A DNA stretch of 64,000 nt from Dicyema japonicum (taxonomy: Eukaryota > Animalia > Dicyemida), in contig RDEW01000004.1 of the NCBI GenBank assembly GCA_011109175.1, positions 2,133,875 through 2,197,874 of the forward strand. Direction: 5' to 3'. Positions within the stretch are counted from its first letter, which is position 1; every line of letters begins with the position of its first letter. Below are positions 62,227-64,000 of this stretch, piece after piece. The notes beneath the pieces are model-generated. The model worked only from the letters and a program-made list of their open reading frames with translations, ran no database searches and was not told the origin of the DNA. Made by a program: the position numbers and the translations under genes.

Positions 62227-62369
62227 TTCAGCCACCCCCGCTTATAAATTGACTAAAATCCCAGAATGTAGTGATTGGCTACTTCATAATTTGGCAAATT
62301 CTTTGATCTTTTCTTAAATTTGTTGTTGTTGTTAAATTCAAAAACAAGTATTAGTATAAGTATATACCA

Positions 62370-62850
62370 GATGTTCTCACAAGGGCTACTTTACTCTGTT
62401 GTCTGATGGCCACGTGTATCAGAGACCATGGGAATATTCTTATTTACAAGGAAACCTCTTTGTCACATGTAGTATCACTGTCACGTGTTAATGAAATCTT
62501 TTTTCGTTAAGGCATATTAGCCTTTCTTATCAGAAAATTGAATGTGGCCAAAATCCTGATTTATTTAATAACCCCCGGATAGGTAAAAGTTAATTAACGT
62601 CCAATAAAGGTACATCCGTTCAATTGTCAAATGGAATAAAGAAGAGAGATTCTTTTTGGATGTCGGCCATATATTGGGCGTCACCTGAGACTAATAGTTC
62701 AACCAACTCCTCTTAGGATTTGATAGAATAACAGAACAGTTTTTCGTAACTCTGTATGCTTTTTCTTGATGGTCGGGATCTTAACAGAATTGATCCATGA
62801 CATGAGGTGCTCCACGAAGCATAGGAGATTCATTTCTCGTTGTAATGTTT
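62370..62850 (-). mobile_element. Possible decayed hAT remnant
   Basis: Weak DIQKESLFFIPFDN*TDV similarity to the hAT FS..DESTD motif. Confidence 0.3.
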
Positions 62851-64000
62851 ATTAAAATTTAAAAAAATTGATTTATGATTGTTTGACTGCAATTAATAAA
62901 AACATTTATAAGTCTTGGCCATTGACCCCACCATCATAATTGAAACCGGCGCTTACTGGAAAGTAACTAAAAGCGAACGTTCCCTGAGATCCTCAAGTAT
63001 ATCGAGTTAAGAACTCTTCAATGAATTGTTTGTAAGTATAAAGAGCGAATCTGTAGAGGATTAGTTCTTTTCGAGAGTAGCTTCTGACAGAGAAAAACAG
63101 ACAAATACAGAATTATGATCCAAACGAATCGTCCATGTGGAGATGTGATAGTAAATGCTTTTTATCTTTTGAACTAGGGATATGTGATAGGAATCTGAAG
63201 TTGCAGATGGAGTAATGATATCTTCTTCGATTCGTGAATTGGTCGTAATGTGGCAAGAATGGGTAAAAAAATTAAACAATGAGACATCGTATCTGAAGAT
63301 GATCCGTATGACTCCAATATTTGGTCAATTGGAATGATCGCAACCAGTAATGGTCCTCGGAGTTTGTTAACATTAGAAAGGGAAAGTGATAAAGAGGATA
63401 GTTGAGCTTCGTCTGGTATACTGTTTGTGAACAACAGTAATTGCTCCTTTGGGTTAGTGGAGAGAATTCAGTTTGTGTCTGGTTTTAGCAAATGTAATTT
63501 ACATGGCTTGAGAAGGAATGGCAGTGATCAAAACAACTGTCCGAAGTTACAACTGTTGACTTTGACGGTTATAATTCGGCACAAAACACGTGATTCTTGA
63601 ATTTCATACAGAATTTCGTTATAAAAAACATTCTAGAATGTTTGAAGAAGATAGGAAATTGGAATGACAGCTGCTATTTTATATGGATAAGCCCATTATT
63701 AAAAATATATTTAAAATACTAGCGAGTACCTATTCTACAAAAGCGGTAGTTTGGTGTTGTGCTTTTAATAAGGTGTGGAGTATCGATCCCTGTTAATGAG
63801 GGAAATGTCATTGAATGCCAACCTAGGATAGTCTCTGAATGTGGGGTATGGAGTTATAAAAGAATTACATTTACATATTGTTTGCCTCAGGCATTTAATT
63901 TATTTTAAAATTTTTTCAATCAGCAAAAAACAAGTCACTTGCTTAATGTCCAAACGTTCCTTTTATGTCAGCAAAGTATGTACCACAGCTTCTTTCACCT

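Noticed and set aside
63100-63200. HLLSHLHMDD as a metallo-beta-lactamase HxHxDH motif
   Set aside because: The motif is imperfect, no other MBL motifs are present, and the region is repeated at 48420 and fits a hAT C-terminal remnant better.

Overview
AT-rich eukaryotic genomic DNA, dominated by transposable elements, from an organism with ultrashort introns (about 21-28 nt, mostly GT-AG). The host genes look animal-like; the taxon cannot be determined here. Five host loci were reconstructed by hand-splicing: COG2 (11 introns, essentially intact), an H-type ferritin, a secreted Cys-repeat/mucin-like protein, a damaged cysteinyl-tRNA synthetase copy and a damaged DRAM/TMEM150-family gene. The rest is decayed hAT, Ginger-like, RTE, CRE-like and I/Jockey/R1-group elements plus a tRNA-derived SINE. 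The main structure spans 20.1-48.4 kb: a roughly 14-kb tandem duplication carrying a same-strand, head-to-tail stack of three gag+APE+RT non-LTR families (here called B, B' and C). The elements are separated by the same 12-mer, GGACGAAAAAGT (six exact copies), which suggests repeated sequence-specific insertion at one self-regenerating target. The B/B' ORF1-ORF2 junction looks like a -1 ribosomal frameshift signal with covarying hairpins, and a deleted B' derivative has expanded into a satellite-like array. Many frameshifts fall in homopolymers, so some apparent lesions may be assembly errors. All homology calls come from recalled family motifs, not database searches.
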